Source: an uncultured Actinomycetes bacterium (GTDB lineage Bacteria > Actinomycetota > UBA4738 > JACQTL01). Taken from it: DNA of 64,000 nt. Made by a program: the position numbers and the translations under genes. A model generated the notes under the pieces. That model saw only the letters and a program-made list of their open reading frames with translations. It was not told the origin of the DNA and searched no databases. Shown here piece by piece: positions 1 through 12,633 of the stretch; the first letter of the stretch is position 1; each line of letters begins with the position of its first letter. Location: the NCBI GenBank assembly GCA_963772375.1, contig CAVYXG010000009.1, positions 31,312 to 95,311 on the forward strand, in the 5' to 3' direction.

Positions 1-1
1 G

Positions 2-1183
2 CTGGGCATCGCGTTCGGACACCACTACTTCAAGCGAACGGGCGAGGACCGGGGGGAGTTCTACGGGCTGGTCCTGCTGTGCACGAGCGGCATGACCCTG
101 ATCGCGTCGGCGAACAACCTCATCGTGGTGTTCCTCGCCCTCGAGATCCTGTCGCTGTCGCTGTACGTGCTGACCGGGTTCTCGTTCCGGCTGACCGCGA
201 CCGAGGGCGCGATGAAGTACTTCCTGCTGGGCGCGTTCTCGTCCGCGTTCTTCCTGTATGGCATCGCGATGGCGTACGGCGCGACCGACACCACCAGCAT
301 CACCGGGATCGCCCGCGCCTTGAGCGGGAGCACGGGGAGCGACGCCCTGGCGCTCGCCGCCGCCGGCCTGCTGGCGGTGGGGTTCGCGTTCAAGGTGGCG
401 GCCGTGCCGTTCCACACGTGGGCGCCCGACGCGTACCAGGGCGCGCCGACCCCGATCACGGCGTACATGTCGGCGGCGACCAAGGTGGCCGCGTTCGCCG
501 CGCTGCTCCGCGTCTTCAACGTGGCGTTCGCGCCGCTGCAGTGGGACTGGACGCCGATGATCTGGGTGCTGGCCGCCCTGAGCATGGTCGTGGGCGCGGT
601 GATCGCGCTGTCCCAGACCGACATCAAGCGGATGCTCGCGTACTCGAGCGTGGCCCAGGCGGGGTTCATCCTCACCGGCGTCACCGTGGCCGGACAGGCC
701 GGCATCAAGGCGTCGATGTTCTACCTGGTGGCGTACGCCGCGATGATCGTCGGGGCGTTCGGCATCGTCATGGTGGTGTCGGTGCGGGGTGAGGACCGGA
801 CCTCGATCTCCTCCTACGCGGGCCTGGCCCGGACGCACCCCGCGCTGGCCGGCGCGCTGACGCTGTTCCTGGCCTCGCTGGCGGGCCTGCCGCCCACGGC
901 GGGGTTCGTCGCCAAGGTCGGCGTGTTCGGTGCCGCGGTGAACGCGGGGGAGTGGCCGCTGGTGCTGATCGCCGTGCTGGCGAGCGTGGTGGCCGCGTTC
1001 TTCTACCTGCGGGTGATCGTGATCATGTACACGCAGGAACCCCCGCCCGGCGAACCCGTCATCGAGCGCGCCACCGGGCCGTCGATCGGGATCGTCCTCG
1101 TCGGCATCGTGACGCTCGTGCTCGGCGTGTTCCCGGGGATCGCGTACCACTTCCTCGACCAGGCCTCGGTGCTGCGTTGGTGA
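2..1183 (+). CDS. nuoN: NADH-quinone oxidoreductase subunit N (5' end outside window; last gene of a first nuo locus)
   Basis: Frame is open from base 2; EGAMKYFLLG, FKVAAVPFHTWAPDAYQGAP, DIKRMLAYSS motifs; many TM segments. Confidence 0.93.
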   Translation: MGIAFGHHYFKRTGEDRGEFYGLVLLCTSGMTLIASANNLIVVFLALEILSLSLYVLTGFSFRLTATEGAMKYFLLGAFSSAFFLYGIAMAYGATDTTSITGIARALSGSTGSDALALAAAGLLAVGFAFKVAAVPFHTWAPDAYQGAPTPITAYMSAATKVAAFAALLRVFNVAFAPLQWDWTPMIWVLAALSMVVGAVIALSQTDIKRMLAYSSVAQAGFILTGVTVAGQAGIKASMFYLVAYAAMIVGAFGIVMVVSVRGEDRTSISSYAGLARTHPALAGALTLFLASLAGLPPTAGFVAKVGVFGAAVNAGEWPLVLIAVLASVVAAFFYLRVIVIMYTQEPPPGEPVIERATGPSIGIVLVGIVTLVLGVFPGIAYHFLDQASVLRW

Positions 1184-1223
1184 CAACACGGAGGCGACCG
1201 GGCGCGGGTACGATCCGTCATCC

Positions 1224-2228
1224 ATGACTCGCGCCGAGAACCCCGGGCTCCAGGCGCCCGACCCCGCCCTCGAGGCCGAGCTCCGCGCGCGTCTCGACCT
1301 CGTGGAGCGGGCCCTCGAGAAGGCCGTCGTCGCCGACTACGACCTGATGACCCAGGCCGCCGGCCACCTGCTGCGGGCGGGCGGCAAGCGGTTCCGGCCG
1401 ATGCTCGTGGTGCTGTCCGGGTACTTCGGCGACCCGGCGGACTCCCGGCTGGTGCCGGGCGCCGTGGCCATCGAGCTCACCCACGTGGCGACGCTGTACC
1501 ACGACGACGTGATCGACGAGGCGGAGTTCCGCCACGGGGTTCCCTCGGTCAACGCGCAATGGAGCAACAGCGTGGCGATCGTCTCCGGCGACTACCTGTT
1601 CGCCCGCGCGGCGGAGATCGCGTCCGACCTCGGCACGGAGGTCACCCGGCTCCTCGCCAAGACCATCGCCACGGTGTGCGACGGGCAGGTCCGCGAGGTG
1701 ACGAACGCCGGCGCCGTCGCCCCCGACGAGGCCGCGTACATGGACACCATCCGCCGGAAGACGGCGGCCCTGATCGCCACGTCCTGCCGGCTGGGGGGCA
1801 TCCTGTCCGACGCCGCACCGGAGCACGTCGAGCTCCTCGACGAGTTCGGCGACGCGCTGGGGACGGGGTTCCAGCTCTCGGACGACATCATGGACGTCAT
1901 CTCCTCGGAGACGACGCTCGGGAAGGAACCGGGCGTCGACATGAAGGAGGGCGTCTACACGCTGCCGGTGCTGCACGCGTTGACGGCGGGACCGGACCGC
2001 GACGAGCTCCGCTCCCTCCTCGCGCCGGGCCCGCCCGACGGCGATCGCCACGCCCGCGCGCTGGAGATCGCCAGGGCGCCGGAGTCACTCGACCACGCCC
2101 GCGCCGCCGTGACCCGCGAGGTCCGCCGCGCCCTCGCCCTGGCCGAACGGCTTTCGGAGGGCTCGCCTCGCGACGCGCTGGAGCACATGGCCCGGTTCGT
2201 CGCCGAGCGCTGCGGCGCCGAGGCGTAG
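1224..2228 (+). CDS. Polyprenyl diphosphate synthase (menaquinone side chain, HepT/IspB-like)
   Basis: GGKRFRP, FARM HDDVID, SARM DDIMD, KTAAL motif. Confidence 0.92.
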   Translation: MTRAENPGLQAPDPALEAELRARLDLVERALEKAVVADYDLMTQAAGHLLRAGGKRFRPMLVVLSGYFGDPADSRLVPGAVAIELTHVATLYHDDVIDEAEFRHGVPSVNAQWSNSVAIVSGDYLFARAAEIASDLGTEVTRLLAKTIATVCDGQVREVTNAGAVAPDEAAYMDTIRRKTAALIATSCRLGGILSDAAPEHVELLDEFGDALGTGFQLSDDIMDVISSETTLGKEPGVDMKEGVYTLPVLHALTAGPDRDELRSLLAPGPPDGDRHARALEIARAPESLDHARAAVTREVRRALALAERLSEGSPRDALEHMARFVAERCGAEA

Positions 2229-2254
2229 CCGGCGCCGGTCGAGGGGCCCGCCCG

Positions 2255-3235
2255 GTGGCGGTGATCGAGGTCCGGGGGCTCCGCAAGTCGTATCGGCGTC
2301 TGCGGGGGGGCGCGACGACGGCGCTCGACGGGCTCGACCTCGAGGTCCCCGAGGGCGGGGTGTTCGGGTTCCTCGGGCCGAACGGCTCCGGCAAGACCAC
2401 GACGATCCGGTGCCTGCTCGGCCTGGTCCGACCGAGCGGCGGCGAGTGCCGGCTGCTCGGCGCGGCGCCCGACGACCTGGCCGGCGTGATCGGCCGGACC
2501 GGGGCCATCGTGGAGACGCCGACGTTCTTCCCGAGCTTCTCCGGCCGCCGGAACCTCGACCTCCTCGCCGGGATCCGCGGCGTTCCGAGGGGACGGGTGG
2601 GCGAGGTCCTCACGCGGGTCGGCCTGGCCGATCGCGCCGGCCAGCGTGTGAGGGCCTACTCGCTCGGGATGAAGCAGCGGCTCGGGATCGCGGCCGCCCT
2701 GCTGAAGGACCCCGAGGTCCTGATCCTCGACGAGCCCGCGAACGGCCTCGACCCGGCGGGGATCCGTGAGGTCCGGGAGCTGATCCGCACGCTGGGCGCC
2801 GAGGGCCGGACGGTGTTCCTGTCCAGCCACCTCCTCGGCGAGATCGAGCAGGTCTGCGATCGCGTGGCGATCCTGGCCCGGGGGCGGTGCATCACCACGG
2901 GCACGGTCGACGAGGTGCTGAGGGCCGGCCGGGCCGCGGGGGTGGTCGCCCGGCTCGCGCCGGACGAGGTTCCGGCCGGGCTCGCGGCGCTGGCGGACGC
3001 GGAAATCGAAGCGCTGGCCGGCGACCAGCCCGGCGCGATCCGGGTTCGGCTCGATCCGTCGGAGGGGGCCCGCGTGACGAAGGCGCTCGCCGACCGGGGC
3101 ATGTACGTGGCCGAGCTCCGGCCGGACGAAGCGAGTCTGGAGGACGTGTTCCTCCAGCTGACGGGCCCCCCCGCCGGGGCCGCCGGTCCCGGGGCGCCGC
3201 CGGGCCGTCCCGACCTTCCGGGATCCGCGCCGTGA
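2255..3235 (+). CDS. ABC transporter ATP-binding protein
   Basis: Walker A GPNGSGKT, signature YSLGMKQR, Walker B ILDEP, SSH; start GTG inferred. Confidence 0.92.
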   Translation: MAVIEVRGLRKSYRRLRGGATTALDGLDLEVPEGGVFGFLGPNGSGKTTTIRCLLGLVRPSGGECRLLGAAPDDLAGVIGRTGAIVETPTFFPSFSGRRNLDLLAGIRGVPRGRVGEVLTRVGLADRAGQRVRAYSLGMKQRLGIAAALLKDPEVLILDEPANGLDPAGIREVRELIRTLGAEGRTVFLSSHLLGEIEQVCDRVAILARGRCITTGTVDEVLRAGRAAGVVARLAPDEVPAGLAALADAEIEALAGDQPGAIRVRLDPSEGARVTKALADRGMYVAELRPDEASLEDVFLQLTGPPAGAAGPGAPPGRPDLPGSAP

Positions 3236-3999
3236 TCGCGCTCCTGGCGGTCGAGCTCCGCCGGCTGCTGGCCCGCCGGCTGGTCCGCGTGCTCGGCCTG
3301 CTCACGGCGCTCGGCGTCGTCGTCGCCGGCCTCTGGGTGTTCGTCCGGGCGCCGTCGAACTTCGGCCTGCACTCGCTGCGCGACGTGTTCGCCGGGACGA
3401 CCGCGCCGATCGCGCTCGCGGCCTGGGTGGTGGGGGCGTCGGCGGTCGGCGCCGAGTGGCACACCGGGTCCATGACCACCACGCTCACCTGGGAGCCCCG
3501 CCGCATCCGCCTGCTGGTCGCCAAAGCAGCCGCCGTGGTGGTGTTCGCGGCCATCGCGACGGTCGCTGTCCAGGCGCTCCTGGGGGTGGCGCTCGCCCCG
3601 GCGGCCCTCAAAGGGCCGGATGTCCAGGCCTGTTACGGGCCATGCGGTCCGAGGCCGGCATGGTTCCCGTCCGCGGCCGGGATCGTGCTGCGGGCCGCGG
3701 CGCTCTCGGCGGTGCTCGCGGCGATCGGGTTCTCGATCGCGTCGATCGGCCGGAATACGGCCGCCAGCGTCGGTGTCGGGTTCGGCTATCTGCTCGTGGT
3801 CGAGGGCCTGCTGGCGGCGCTCGTGCACTGGCTCCGGCCGGTGCTCATCACGCCGAACGCGGTGGCGTTCGTCGGCGGCGAGGCGCTGGGCGAGATGGGG
3901 CTCTCGTCGCCGGGCGCCGCGGGCCTGCTCCTCGTCGCCTACGCGGTGGGCGCGCTGCTCGCGGCCGTCGCCCTGTTTCGGGTCCGCGACGTCACCTGA
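3232..3999 (+). CDS. ABC-2 type permease
   Basis: GTGA overlap with the ATPase; GAEWHTGSMTTTLTWEPRR motif; about 6 TM segments. Confidence 0.85.
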   Translation: MIALLAVELRRLLARRLVRVLGLLTALGVVVAGLWVFVRAPSNFGLHSLRDVFAGTTAPIALAAWVVGASAVGAEWHTGSMTTTLTWEPRRIRLLVAKAAAVVVFAAIATVAVQALLGVALAPAALKGPDVQACYGPCGPRPAWFPSAAGIVLRAAALSAVLAAIGFSIASIGRNTAASVGVGFGYLLVVEGLLAALVHWLRPVLITPNAVAFVGGEALGEMGLSSPGAAGLLLVAYAVGALLAAVALFRVRDVT

Positions 4000-4062
4000 C
4001 CGGCAGGCCAGCTCACCTGGGCGGTGTGATGTAGGTCATAGCGGAAGCGATAACATGTCGTC

Positions 4063-4317
4063 ATGATCCGGACGCAGATGCAGCTGCGGGACGATCAGGT
4101 GCGGGCCCTGAAGCGGCGAGCAGCCGAGCGGGGGGTGTCGATGGCGGAGCTGATCCGTGAGGCGATCGACCGAGCGCTCGAGCGCGACGACGAGGACGCG
4201 AAGTGGGAGCGGGCGCTGTCGGTGGTCGGGAAGTTCCACTCGGACGTCACCGATCTGAGCGAACGGCACGACGACTATCTGGCCGACGCGTTCCTGTATC
4301 GGCCCGACGACGCGTGA
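4063..4317 (+). CDS. vapB: CopG/ribbon-helix-helix antitoxin
   Basis: MIRTQMQL...GVSMAELIREAID RHH pattern; DLSERHDDYL tail; upstream of a PIN gene. Confidence 0.85.
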   Translation: MIRTQMQLRDDQVRALKRRAAERGVSMAELIREAIDRALERDDEDAKWERALSVVGKFHSDVTDLSERHDDYLADAFLYRPDDA

Positions 4318-4712
4318 AGATCCTCGTCGACACGTCGGCCCTCCTGGCGGTGCTCTCTCCGGAAGACCAGCATCACGCCGCTGCTGGAAGGTGGCTCACG
4401 GACTCACGCCGACGCGAGGGGGATCGGCTCGTCACCCACAACTACGTCGTCCTCGAGAGCGCGGCATTGGTCCGCGGGCGCCTCGGGGCTCTGGCGACGA
4501 GAGCGCTGTTCGAGGACCTCTTTCCACTGGTCGAGTTGGCGTTCGTCGACCGATCCTTGCACCGTGCCGCCGTCTCCTCATACCTCGCGCGTCCGTCAGG
4601 CCCGTCCCTCGTCGATCGGGTCAGCTTTCACGTGATGCGGGATGCCGGCATTCGTCAGGCCTTCGCGTTCGACTCGGACTTTGGCCGCGAGGGGTTCGAA
4701 ACCGTTCCGTGA
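4314..4712 (+). CDS. vapC: PIN-domain toxin
   Basis: ILVDTSAL, NYVVLE, SLVDRVSF, AFDSDF acidic PIN residues; GTGA overlap with the antitoxin. Confidence 0.88.
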   Translation: MKILVDTSALLAVLSPEDQHHAAAGRWLTDSRRREGDRLVTHNYVVLESAALVRGRLGALATRALFEDLFPLVELAFVDRSLHRAAVSSYLARPSGPSLVDRVSFHVMRDAGIRQAFAFDSDFGREGFETVP

Positions 4713-4842
4713 ACATGGCCGCCGTTTGAGGCAACGAGGCTACGTGCACGGGTCCGTTGGTGGCACGATGCGTCAGAAAGCCCTTCTGACCAGCATGGAT
4801 GCGCGGTTCGGCCCCAATGGGAGCCGCTGCTAGAATCCGCGC

Positions 4843-5232
4843 TTGAGAATGCTTTCACAAGCTGCTCCAGAGACCTTCTACCAGCAGTACGCCACCCTCA
4901 TCGGCGTGATCGTCGCCGGGATCGGACTGGTGGCGGTCGCATTGATCACGGCCCGCGCGCTGTCGCCCCGCCGTCCGGTCCCCGCCAAGCTCACCACCTA
5001 CGAGTGCGGGATGGACCCCGTGGGGGAGGGCTGGAGCCAGACCCAGATCCGCTACTACATCTACGCGTTCCTGTTCGTCATCTTCGACGTCGAGAGCGTG
5101 TTCCTCTTCCCGTGGGCCACCGTGTTCGAGTCGCTCGGGTACCAGGCGGTCGTGGAGATGGCGATCTTCATCGGGATCCTCGGCGCCGGGCTGCTGTACG
5201 CGTGGCGGAAGGGAGTCCTGCGATGGGTGTGA
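4843..5232 (+). CDS. nuoA: NADH-quinone oxidoreductase subunit A
   Basis: [26 protein letters not shown]; start either TTG 4843 or ATG 4849. Confidence 0.95.
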   Translation: MRMLSQAAPETFYQQYATLIGVIVAGIGLVAVALITARALSPRRPVPAKLTTYECGMDPVGEGWSQTQIRYYIYAFLFVIFDVESVFLFPWATVFESLGYQAVVEMAIFIGILGAGLLYAWRKGVLRWV

Positions 5233-5729
5233 TCGACAACATCAAGGTGCCCCAGCCGATGAAGTTCATCCTCAACTGGGGCCGGCGGTACTCCCTGTGG
5301 ATCATGAACTTCGGCCTGGCGTGCTGCGCCATCGAATTCATCGCGGCGTCCACGTCGAAGCACGACTTCATCCGGTTCGGGGTGATCCCGTTCGCGCACG
5401 GCCCCCGGCAGGCCGACCTGCTGCTCGTGGCCGGAACGGTGACCGACAAGATGGCCCCGGCCATCAAGCGCGTCTACGACCAGATGCCGGACCCCAAGTA
5501 CGTCATCTCGTTCGGCTCGTGCTCGAACTGCGGCGGCCCGTACTGGGACAGCTACTCGGTGACCAAGGGGGTGGACCAGTTCGTCCCGGTGGACGTGTAC
5601 GTCCCGGGGTGTCCCCCGCGTCCGGAGGCCCTGCTGCACGGCATCATGAAGCTGCAGGAGAAGATCGCGCAGGAAGACATCGGGGAGAAGTGGACTGGTG
5701 GCATCTCGCCGGCCCCTCACGGTTCCTGA
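5223..5729 (+). CDS. nuoB: NADH-quinone oxidoreductase subunit B
   Basis: [32 protein letters not shown]. Confidence 0.96.
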   Translation: MGVIDNIKVPQPMKFILNWGRRYSLWIMNFGLACCAIEFIAASTSKHDFIRFGVIPFAHGPRQADLLLVAGTVTDKMAPAIKRVYDQMPDPKYVISFGSCSNCGGPYWDSYSVTKGVDQFVPVDVYVPGCPPRPEALLHGIMKLQEKIAQEDIGEKWTGGISPAPHGS

Positions 5730-6222
5730 CGTCGGGAACGCCCTGCGGGCGCAGTTCGGCCAGGACCTGGCCGACGTCGCCGACCGCGACGGCCACGCCG
5801 TCGTGACGATCACGGAACCGAGGTACCGCGAGCTGATCACCGTGCTGCGGGACGACCCGGAGTTCGACTGCGACTACTTCGACTTCCTCACGGCGGTCGA
5901 CTTCCCCGACCAGCAGCAGTTCGAGGTGGTCGTCCACCTGTACTCGAACGCCCGCAACCACCACGTGCGGGTGAAGCTTCGCATCCCCCGCGACCAGCCG
6001 GTGGCGCCCAGCATCCACGACCTGTATGCGGGCGCGAACTGGTTCGAACGCGAGGCCTGGGAGCTGTTCGGCATCGTGTTCGACGGCCATCCGCACCTCG
6101 TGAAGCTGGTGCTGCCGGAGCCGTTCGAGGGCCACCCCCTCCGCAAGGACTTCGAGCTCATGAGCCGCGTCGCCAAGCCATGGCCTGGCGCGGCCGAGGG
6201 CGAGGAGGGCGAGGAGGAGTGA
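5698..6222 (+). CDS. nuoC: NADH-quinone oxidoreductase subunit C
   Basis: [28 protein letters not shown]. Confidence 0.93.
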   Translation: MASRRPLTVPDVGNALRAQFGQDLADVADRDGHAVVTITEPRYRELITVLRDDPEFDCDYFDFLTAVDFPDQQQFEVVVHLYSNARNHHVRVKLRIPRDQPVAPSIHDLYAGANWFEREAWELFGIVFDGHPHLVKLVLPEPFEGHPLRKDFELMSRVAKPWPGAAEGEEGEEE

Positions 6223-7310
6223 CGGCCGCCGCCGCCATGCCCGCCCTGGTCGCCCACGGCCTCGGGCTGCCCGTCGCGCAGACGAACCCGTCGTTCGTGA
6301 ACGACCTGTTCAACGGGTTCTGGTGGATCGTCATCGTGAAGGCGCTGCTGGTGCTGATCGTGTTCCTGTCCGCGCCGATGGTGGTCGGCTACATGGAGCA
6401 CAAGGTGCTGGCGCACATGCAGCACCGCCTGGGGCCCATGTACGCGGGGGGGTTCCACGGGTGGGCGCAGCTCATCGCGGACGGGGTGAAGTTCGTCCAG
6501 AAGGAGGACGTCATCCCCAACGCCGCCGACCGATGGGTGTTCGGCCTCGCGCCGGCCGTCGCGATGATCCCGTACATCCTGCTGTTCGCCGTGATCCCGT
6601 TCGACGGCGGGATCTACGCCGAGAACCTCGACGTCGGGATCTTCTTCGTGGTCGCCGTGACCTCGATCTCGGTGATCGGGATCCTGATGGCCGGGTGGTC
6701 GAGCGCCAACAAGTTCTCGCTGATCGGCGCCCTGCGGGCCGCCGCGCAGCTGATCGCGTACGAGCTGCCGCTGATCCTCGCCGCCGTCGCCGTGGTCATG
6801 CAGGCGAGCGGCCTGGTGCCCGGCTCCGACGGCCACAGCAGCCTGTCGCTGCTGTTCATCACCGAGGCCCAGCAGAAGCTGTGGTTCGTGTTCCCGCAGA
6901 TCGTCGGGTTCGTCATCTTCATGGTCGCAGCCGTGGCGGAGCTCACCCGCCCGCCGTTCGACATGCCGATCGCCGACTCCGAGATCATCTTCGGCGCGTA
7001 CACCGAGTACTCGGGGCTGCGGTTCGCGTTCTTCCTGCTCGCCGAGTACGGCGGCATCGTGGCGCTGTCGGCGATCGCGTCGGTGCTGTTTCTCGGGGGG
7101 TTCCAGCCCCTTCCCTTCCTGTCGTTCATCCCGGGGTGGATGTGGATGGCGGGGAAGATCATGGGGCTCGCGTTCTTCATCATCTGGCTGCGTGCGACGT
7201 ACCCGCGCCTGCGGGAGGACCAGCTCCAGCGGTTCTCGTGGGTCGGGCTGATCCCGCTGGCCCTGTTGAACCTCATGGTCACGGCGTTCCTGAAGGTGGC
7301 GGTGGGGTAG
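6219..7310 (+). CDS. nuoH: NADH-quinone oxidoreductase subunit H
   Basis: QHRLGP, ADGVKFVQKED, AELTRPPFD, TEYSG, YPRLREDQL; start either 6219 or 6237. Confidence 0.95.
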   Translation: MTAAAAMPALVAHGLGLPVAQTNPSFVNDLFNGFWWIVIVKALLVLIVFLSAPMVVGYMEHKVLAHMQHRLGPMYAGGFHGWAQLIADGVKFVQKEDVIPNAADRWVFGLAPAVAMIPYILLFAVIPFDGGIYAENLDVGIFFVVAVTSISVIGILMAGWSSANKFSLIGALRAAAQLIAYELPLILAAVAVVMQASGLVPGSDGHSSLSLLFITEAQQKLWFVFPQIVGFVIFMVAAVAELTRPPFDMPIADSEIIFGAYTEYSGLRFAFFLLAEYGGIVALSAIASVLFLGGFQPLPFLSFIPGWMWMAGKIMGLAFFIIWLRATYPRLREDQLQRFSWVGLIPLALLNLMVTAFLKVAVG

Positions 7311-8282
7311 ATGGCGCAGAAGATCCGGATCCGGCGCCAGGAGGGCTCGCGGACCGCGTCCGACGCCGACCTGCCCAAGCCGATCAGGGGGACCGGCCTG
7401 ATCAAGGGCCTGATGGTCACCCTGAAGCACCTGCTGTCGCCGGCGATCACGCAGCAGTACCCGGAGGAGAAGCCCGATCTCCCGGCGCGGACGCGGGGCG
7501 TCATCGCGCTGAAGCAGGAGAACTGCACCGTCTGCTACAAGTGCTCGCGCGAGTGTCCGGACTGGTGCATCTACATCGACGCCCACAAGGAGACCCACGA
7601 GCCGGCCTCGGGCGGCCGCGCGCGGTCGGTGAAGGTGCTCGACCGGTTCGCCATCGACTACGCCCTGTGCATGTACTGCGGGATCTGCGTGGAGGCGTGT
7701 CCGTTCGACGCCCTGTTCTGGTCGCCGGAGTTCGAGTACGCCGAGTACGACATCCACGAGCTGATCCACGAGAAGGAACGGCTCGAGGAATGGACGTACC
7801 ACGTGAAGCCGCCGCCGGAGCTCGAGGTCGGGGCCGAACCGCCGGCCGATGCGCCGCCCGCCCCCGCACCGGCGCCGACCGCTCCGGCCGCCGCCGCCGC
7901 CCCGCCCGCCGCGCCCGTGCTCCAGGCGCAGCCGCCACTCGTCGGGCAGGAGGCCCCTCCCCAGCCCACCGGGGCCGCACCCCCCGCGCAGCCGGCCGCC
8001 CCGCCCGCCGCCACCGGCGCCGCTCCGCCCACGACGCCGGCCGGTCCCGCGGAGGGCTCGCCGGAGGAGACCACCCCGAACGTCGCCGCCGCCGGCGAGC
8101 AGACCGCCGCGCCCGTGGCCGCGGGCCCCCGGGGCGAACGCGTCGAGGTCGAGCTCGACCAGCCGACGTTCGAACGCGTCCTCGAAGAGGAGCTGGCCAA
8201 GGGGACCCAGCGCCGGGTCGCCGAGGGCAAGGCCCGCCGGGCCGCCATGCTCGAGGCCCGCAGGAAGGCGGCCGAGGGATGA
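7311..8282 (+). CDS. nuoI: NADH-quinone oxidoreductase subunit I with long C-terminal extension
   Basis: TQQYPEEK; two [4Fe-4S] motifs [12 protein letters not shown] and [12 protein letters not shown]. Confidence 0.93.
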   Translation: MAQKIRIRRQEGSRTASDADLPKPIRGTGLIKGLMVTLKHLLSPAITQQYPEEKPDLPARTRGVIALKQENCTVCYKCSRECPDWCIYIDAHKETHEPASGGRARSVKVLDRFAIDYALCMYCGICVEACPFDALFWSPEFEYAEYDIHELIHEKERLEEWTYHVKPPPELEVGAEPPADAPPAPAPAPTAPAAAAAPPAAPVLQAQPPLVGQEAPPQPTGAAPPAQPAAPPAATGAAPPTTPAGPAEGSPEETTPNVAAAGEQTAAPVAAGPRGERVEVELDQPTFERVLEEELAKGTQRRVAEGKARRAAMLEARRKAAEG

Positions 8283-8848
8283 TCGCGTCCTACTCGGCGC
8301 AGGACTGGGCGTTCACCGCGGTCGCGGTCGTCGGGATCATTGCGGCGCTCCGCATGGTGACCACGAAGAACGTCGTCCACGGGGCCCTGTACCTGGTGAT
8401 CGCGCTGTCGATGATCGGCGCCGGCTATCTGGTCATGGCGGCGGAGTTCGTCGCGTGGGTCCAGATCATCATCTACGTGGGCGCGATCGTGGTGCTGCTG
8501 CTGTTCGCGCTGATGCTGACCAAGGCGCCCATCGGCCGGGAGGCGCTCGACAACCAGCAGCGGGGGATCAGCTCGCTGGTGGCGCTCGCCGTGCTCGCCG
8601 GGCTGGTGTTCCTGGTGCTCGACGCGTTCCGGAACCAGACGATCCCGCTGGCCGGCCCCGCGCCGCAGACGACGACCGGACAGATCGGCGAGTCGCTGTT
8701 CCGGGCGTTCGTCGCGCCGTTCGAGATCGTGTCGATCCTGCTGCTCGCCGCCCTGATCGGCGCCATCGCCATCGCCCGCAAGGATGACCCGGTCCACTCG
8801 GAGCAACCCCCCGTCAGGACCGCCGAGACCGCCCGGAGGGAGGGCTAG
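8279..8848 (+). CDS. nuoJ: NADH-quinone oxidoreductase subunit J
   Basis: [35 protein letters not shown]; ATGA overlap. Confidence 0.94.
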   Translation: MIASYSAQDWAFTAVAVVGIIAALRMVTTKNVVHGALYLVIALSMIGAGYLVMAAEFVAWVQIIIYVGAIVVLLLFALMLTKAPIGREALDNQQRGISSLVALAVLAGLVFLVLDAFRNQTIPLAGPAPQTTTGQIGESLFRAFVAPFEIVSILLLAALIGAIAIARKDDPVHSEQPPVRTAETARREG

Positions 8849-9178
8849 ATGCACCTGTGGCTGCCGCTCGTGTTCTCCGCCGCGCTGTTCGCGATCGGGG
8901 TGTACGGCGTGCTGGCCCGCCGCAACGCGGTGCTGATCCTGATGTCGATCGAGCTGATGCTGAACGCCGTCAACGTCAACCTCGTGGCGTTCTCGAAGGC
9001 CATCAGGAGCGGGCTGGCCACGGCGGGCGCCACCGCCGCGACCACCGGGCAGATCTTCGCGCTGTTCGTCATCACGGTGGCGGCCGCGGAGATCGGCATC
9101 GGGCTCGCGATCGTCATCCTCATCTACCGCAACCGCGAGTCCATCAACGTCGACGAGGTCAACCTCCTGAAATGGTGA
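8849..9178 (+). CDS. nuoK: NADH-quinone oxidoreductase subunit K
   Basis: [27 protein letters not shown]. Confidence 0.95.
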   Translation: MHLWLPLVFSAALFAIGVYGVLARRNAVLILMSIELMLNAVNVNLVAFSKAIRSGLATAGATAATTGQIFALFVITVAAAEIGIGLAIVILIYRNRESINVDEVNLLKW

Positions 9179-9209
9179 CCTCGGCCCGTCGGCACCGGGG
9201 GGAACGCGC

Positions 9210-11057
<1,848 letters not shown>

Positions 11058-11097
11058 GGAGGTCCAGGGGGGCAGCGGCCCCGCGGAGGAGTCGAAG

Positions 11098-12633
11098 ATG
11101 AGCGGGTGGGAGAAGACCTCGGTCACGCTGCTCACGTTCCTGCCGGCGGCGGGGGCGCTCCTGGTGGCGCTGGTCCCGGCGGGGCGCGACCGGGCCGCGC
11201 GGGTGCTCGGCGTGCTGTTCTCGGGTGCCGCGCTCGCGGTCGGCATCGCGGTGCTGTTCGGGTTCGACTACGGCGCCGGTGGCGGGTACCAGTTCGAGCT
11301 GCAGACCACGTGGATCAAGGCGCTCGGCGTGGGGTACCACGTGGGGCTCGACGGCATCAGCCTGCCGCTCGTCGAGCTCACGCTGCTGACGACGTTCCTG
11401 TGCGCGGTCTACTCGCTCAACCGGATGCCGTCGGGCGGGTCGGCCAAGGCGTTCATCTCGTTGATGCTCCTGCTCGAGACGGGGATGCTCGGCACCTTCG
11501 TGGCCCTGGACCTGATGCTGTTCTTCGTCTTCTGGGAGATGGTCCTCGTCCCGATGTACTTCATGATCGGGGTGTGGGGGTCGGGCAACCGCCAGTACGC
11601 CGCCACCAAGTTCTTCCTGTTCACGTTCTTCGGCAGCGTGTTCATGCTGCTGGCCTTCATCGGGACGGCCTTCCAGGCGCACCCGCACACGTTCGACATC
11701 GTGCTCCTGCAGCAGAGCGGGAGCGCGATCTCCCACACGCTCCAGCTGGTCCTGTTCGGCGGGATGTTCCTGGGCTTCGCGGTGAAGGTGCCGATGTGGC
11801 CGCTCCACACCTGGCTGCCGGACGCCCACACCGAGGCGCCGACCGTCGGCTCGGTCCTGCTGGCCGGCGTCCTGCTGAAGATGGGCGCGTACGGATTCAT
11901 CCGGATCGCGCTTCCGCTGCTGCCGTACGCCGCGCGGCAGTTCGCGCCATACCTGGCCGTGCTGGCGGTGATCGCGATCGTGTACGCGTCGCTGGCATGC
12001 CTCGCCCAGCGCGACCTCAAGCGGCTGATCGCGTACTCGTCGGTGGGGCACATGGGGTTCGTGATGCTAGGGATCGCGACGCTCACGCCGCTCGGGATCG
12101 ACGCGGCGATCTTCGGCATGGTCGCCCACGGCGTGATCACCGGGATGCTGTTCTTCGAGGTGGGGTCGATCTACGACCGGTATCACACGCGCCAGCTGGC
12201 GGACCTCGGCGGCGGGATGATGCAGATCATGCCGCGCATGGGCGCGGTGTTCTGGCTGACGTGCATCGCGTCCCTCGGGCTGCCAGGCCTCGCGGGGTTC
12301 TGGGGCGAGGTGCTCTCGCTGTTCGCCGCGTACAACCCTGCCGCCGGCCTCTCGGTCCCGCTGTTCCGCACGCTCATGGTGTTCGGCGGGATCGGCACGA
12401 TCCTCACGGCGGGCTACCTGCTGTGGACCGTCCAGCGCGTGAACATGGGCGTGTTGCCCGACCGGTGGGGCCAGTCGAGGGGCACGCTGCTCGACACCTC
12501 GCGCGGTGAGTGGGTGGCCTGGGCGCCGCTCGTCGTCCTCATGGTCCTGCTCGGACTCGTGCCCTCGCTGATCTTCGGCATCACGAACGACGCCGTGAAC
12601 GCCATCAGCCACGTGATCGGCGCGGTGCCGTGA
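11098..12633 (+). CDS. nuoM: NADH-quinone oxidoreductase subunit M
   Basis: VKVPMWPLHTWLPDAHTEAPT, LKRLIAYSSVGHMG. Confidence 0.96.
   Translation: MSGWEKTSVTLLTFLPAAGALLVALVPAGRDRAARVLGVLFSGAALAVGIAVLFGFDYGAGGGYQFELQTTWIKALGVGYHVGLDGISLPLVELTLLTTFLCAVYSLNRMPSGGSAKAFISLMLLLETGMLGTFVALDLMLFFVFWEMVLVPMYFMIGVWGSGNRQYAATKFFLFTFFGSVFMLLAFIGTAFQAHPHTFDIVLLQQSGSAISHTLQLVLFGGMFLGFAVKVPMWPLHTWLPDAHTEAPTVGSVLLAGVLLKMGAYGFIRIALPLLPYAARQFAPYLAVLAVIAIVYASLACLAQRDLKRLIAYSSVGHMGFVMLGIATLTPLGIDAAIFGMVAHGVITGMLFFEVGSIYDRYHTRQLADLGGGMMQIMPRMGAVFWLTCIASLGLPGLAGFWGEVLSLFAAYNPAAGLSVPLFRTLMVFGGIGTILTAGYLLWTVQRVNMGVLPDRWGQSRGTLLDTSRGEWVAWAPLVVLMVLLGLVPSLIFGITNDAVNAISHVIGAVP

Noticed and set aside
7850-8130. GC-rich low-complexity tract as a non-coding repeat
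   Set aside because: It is the in-frame Pro/Ala linker of NuoI
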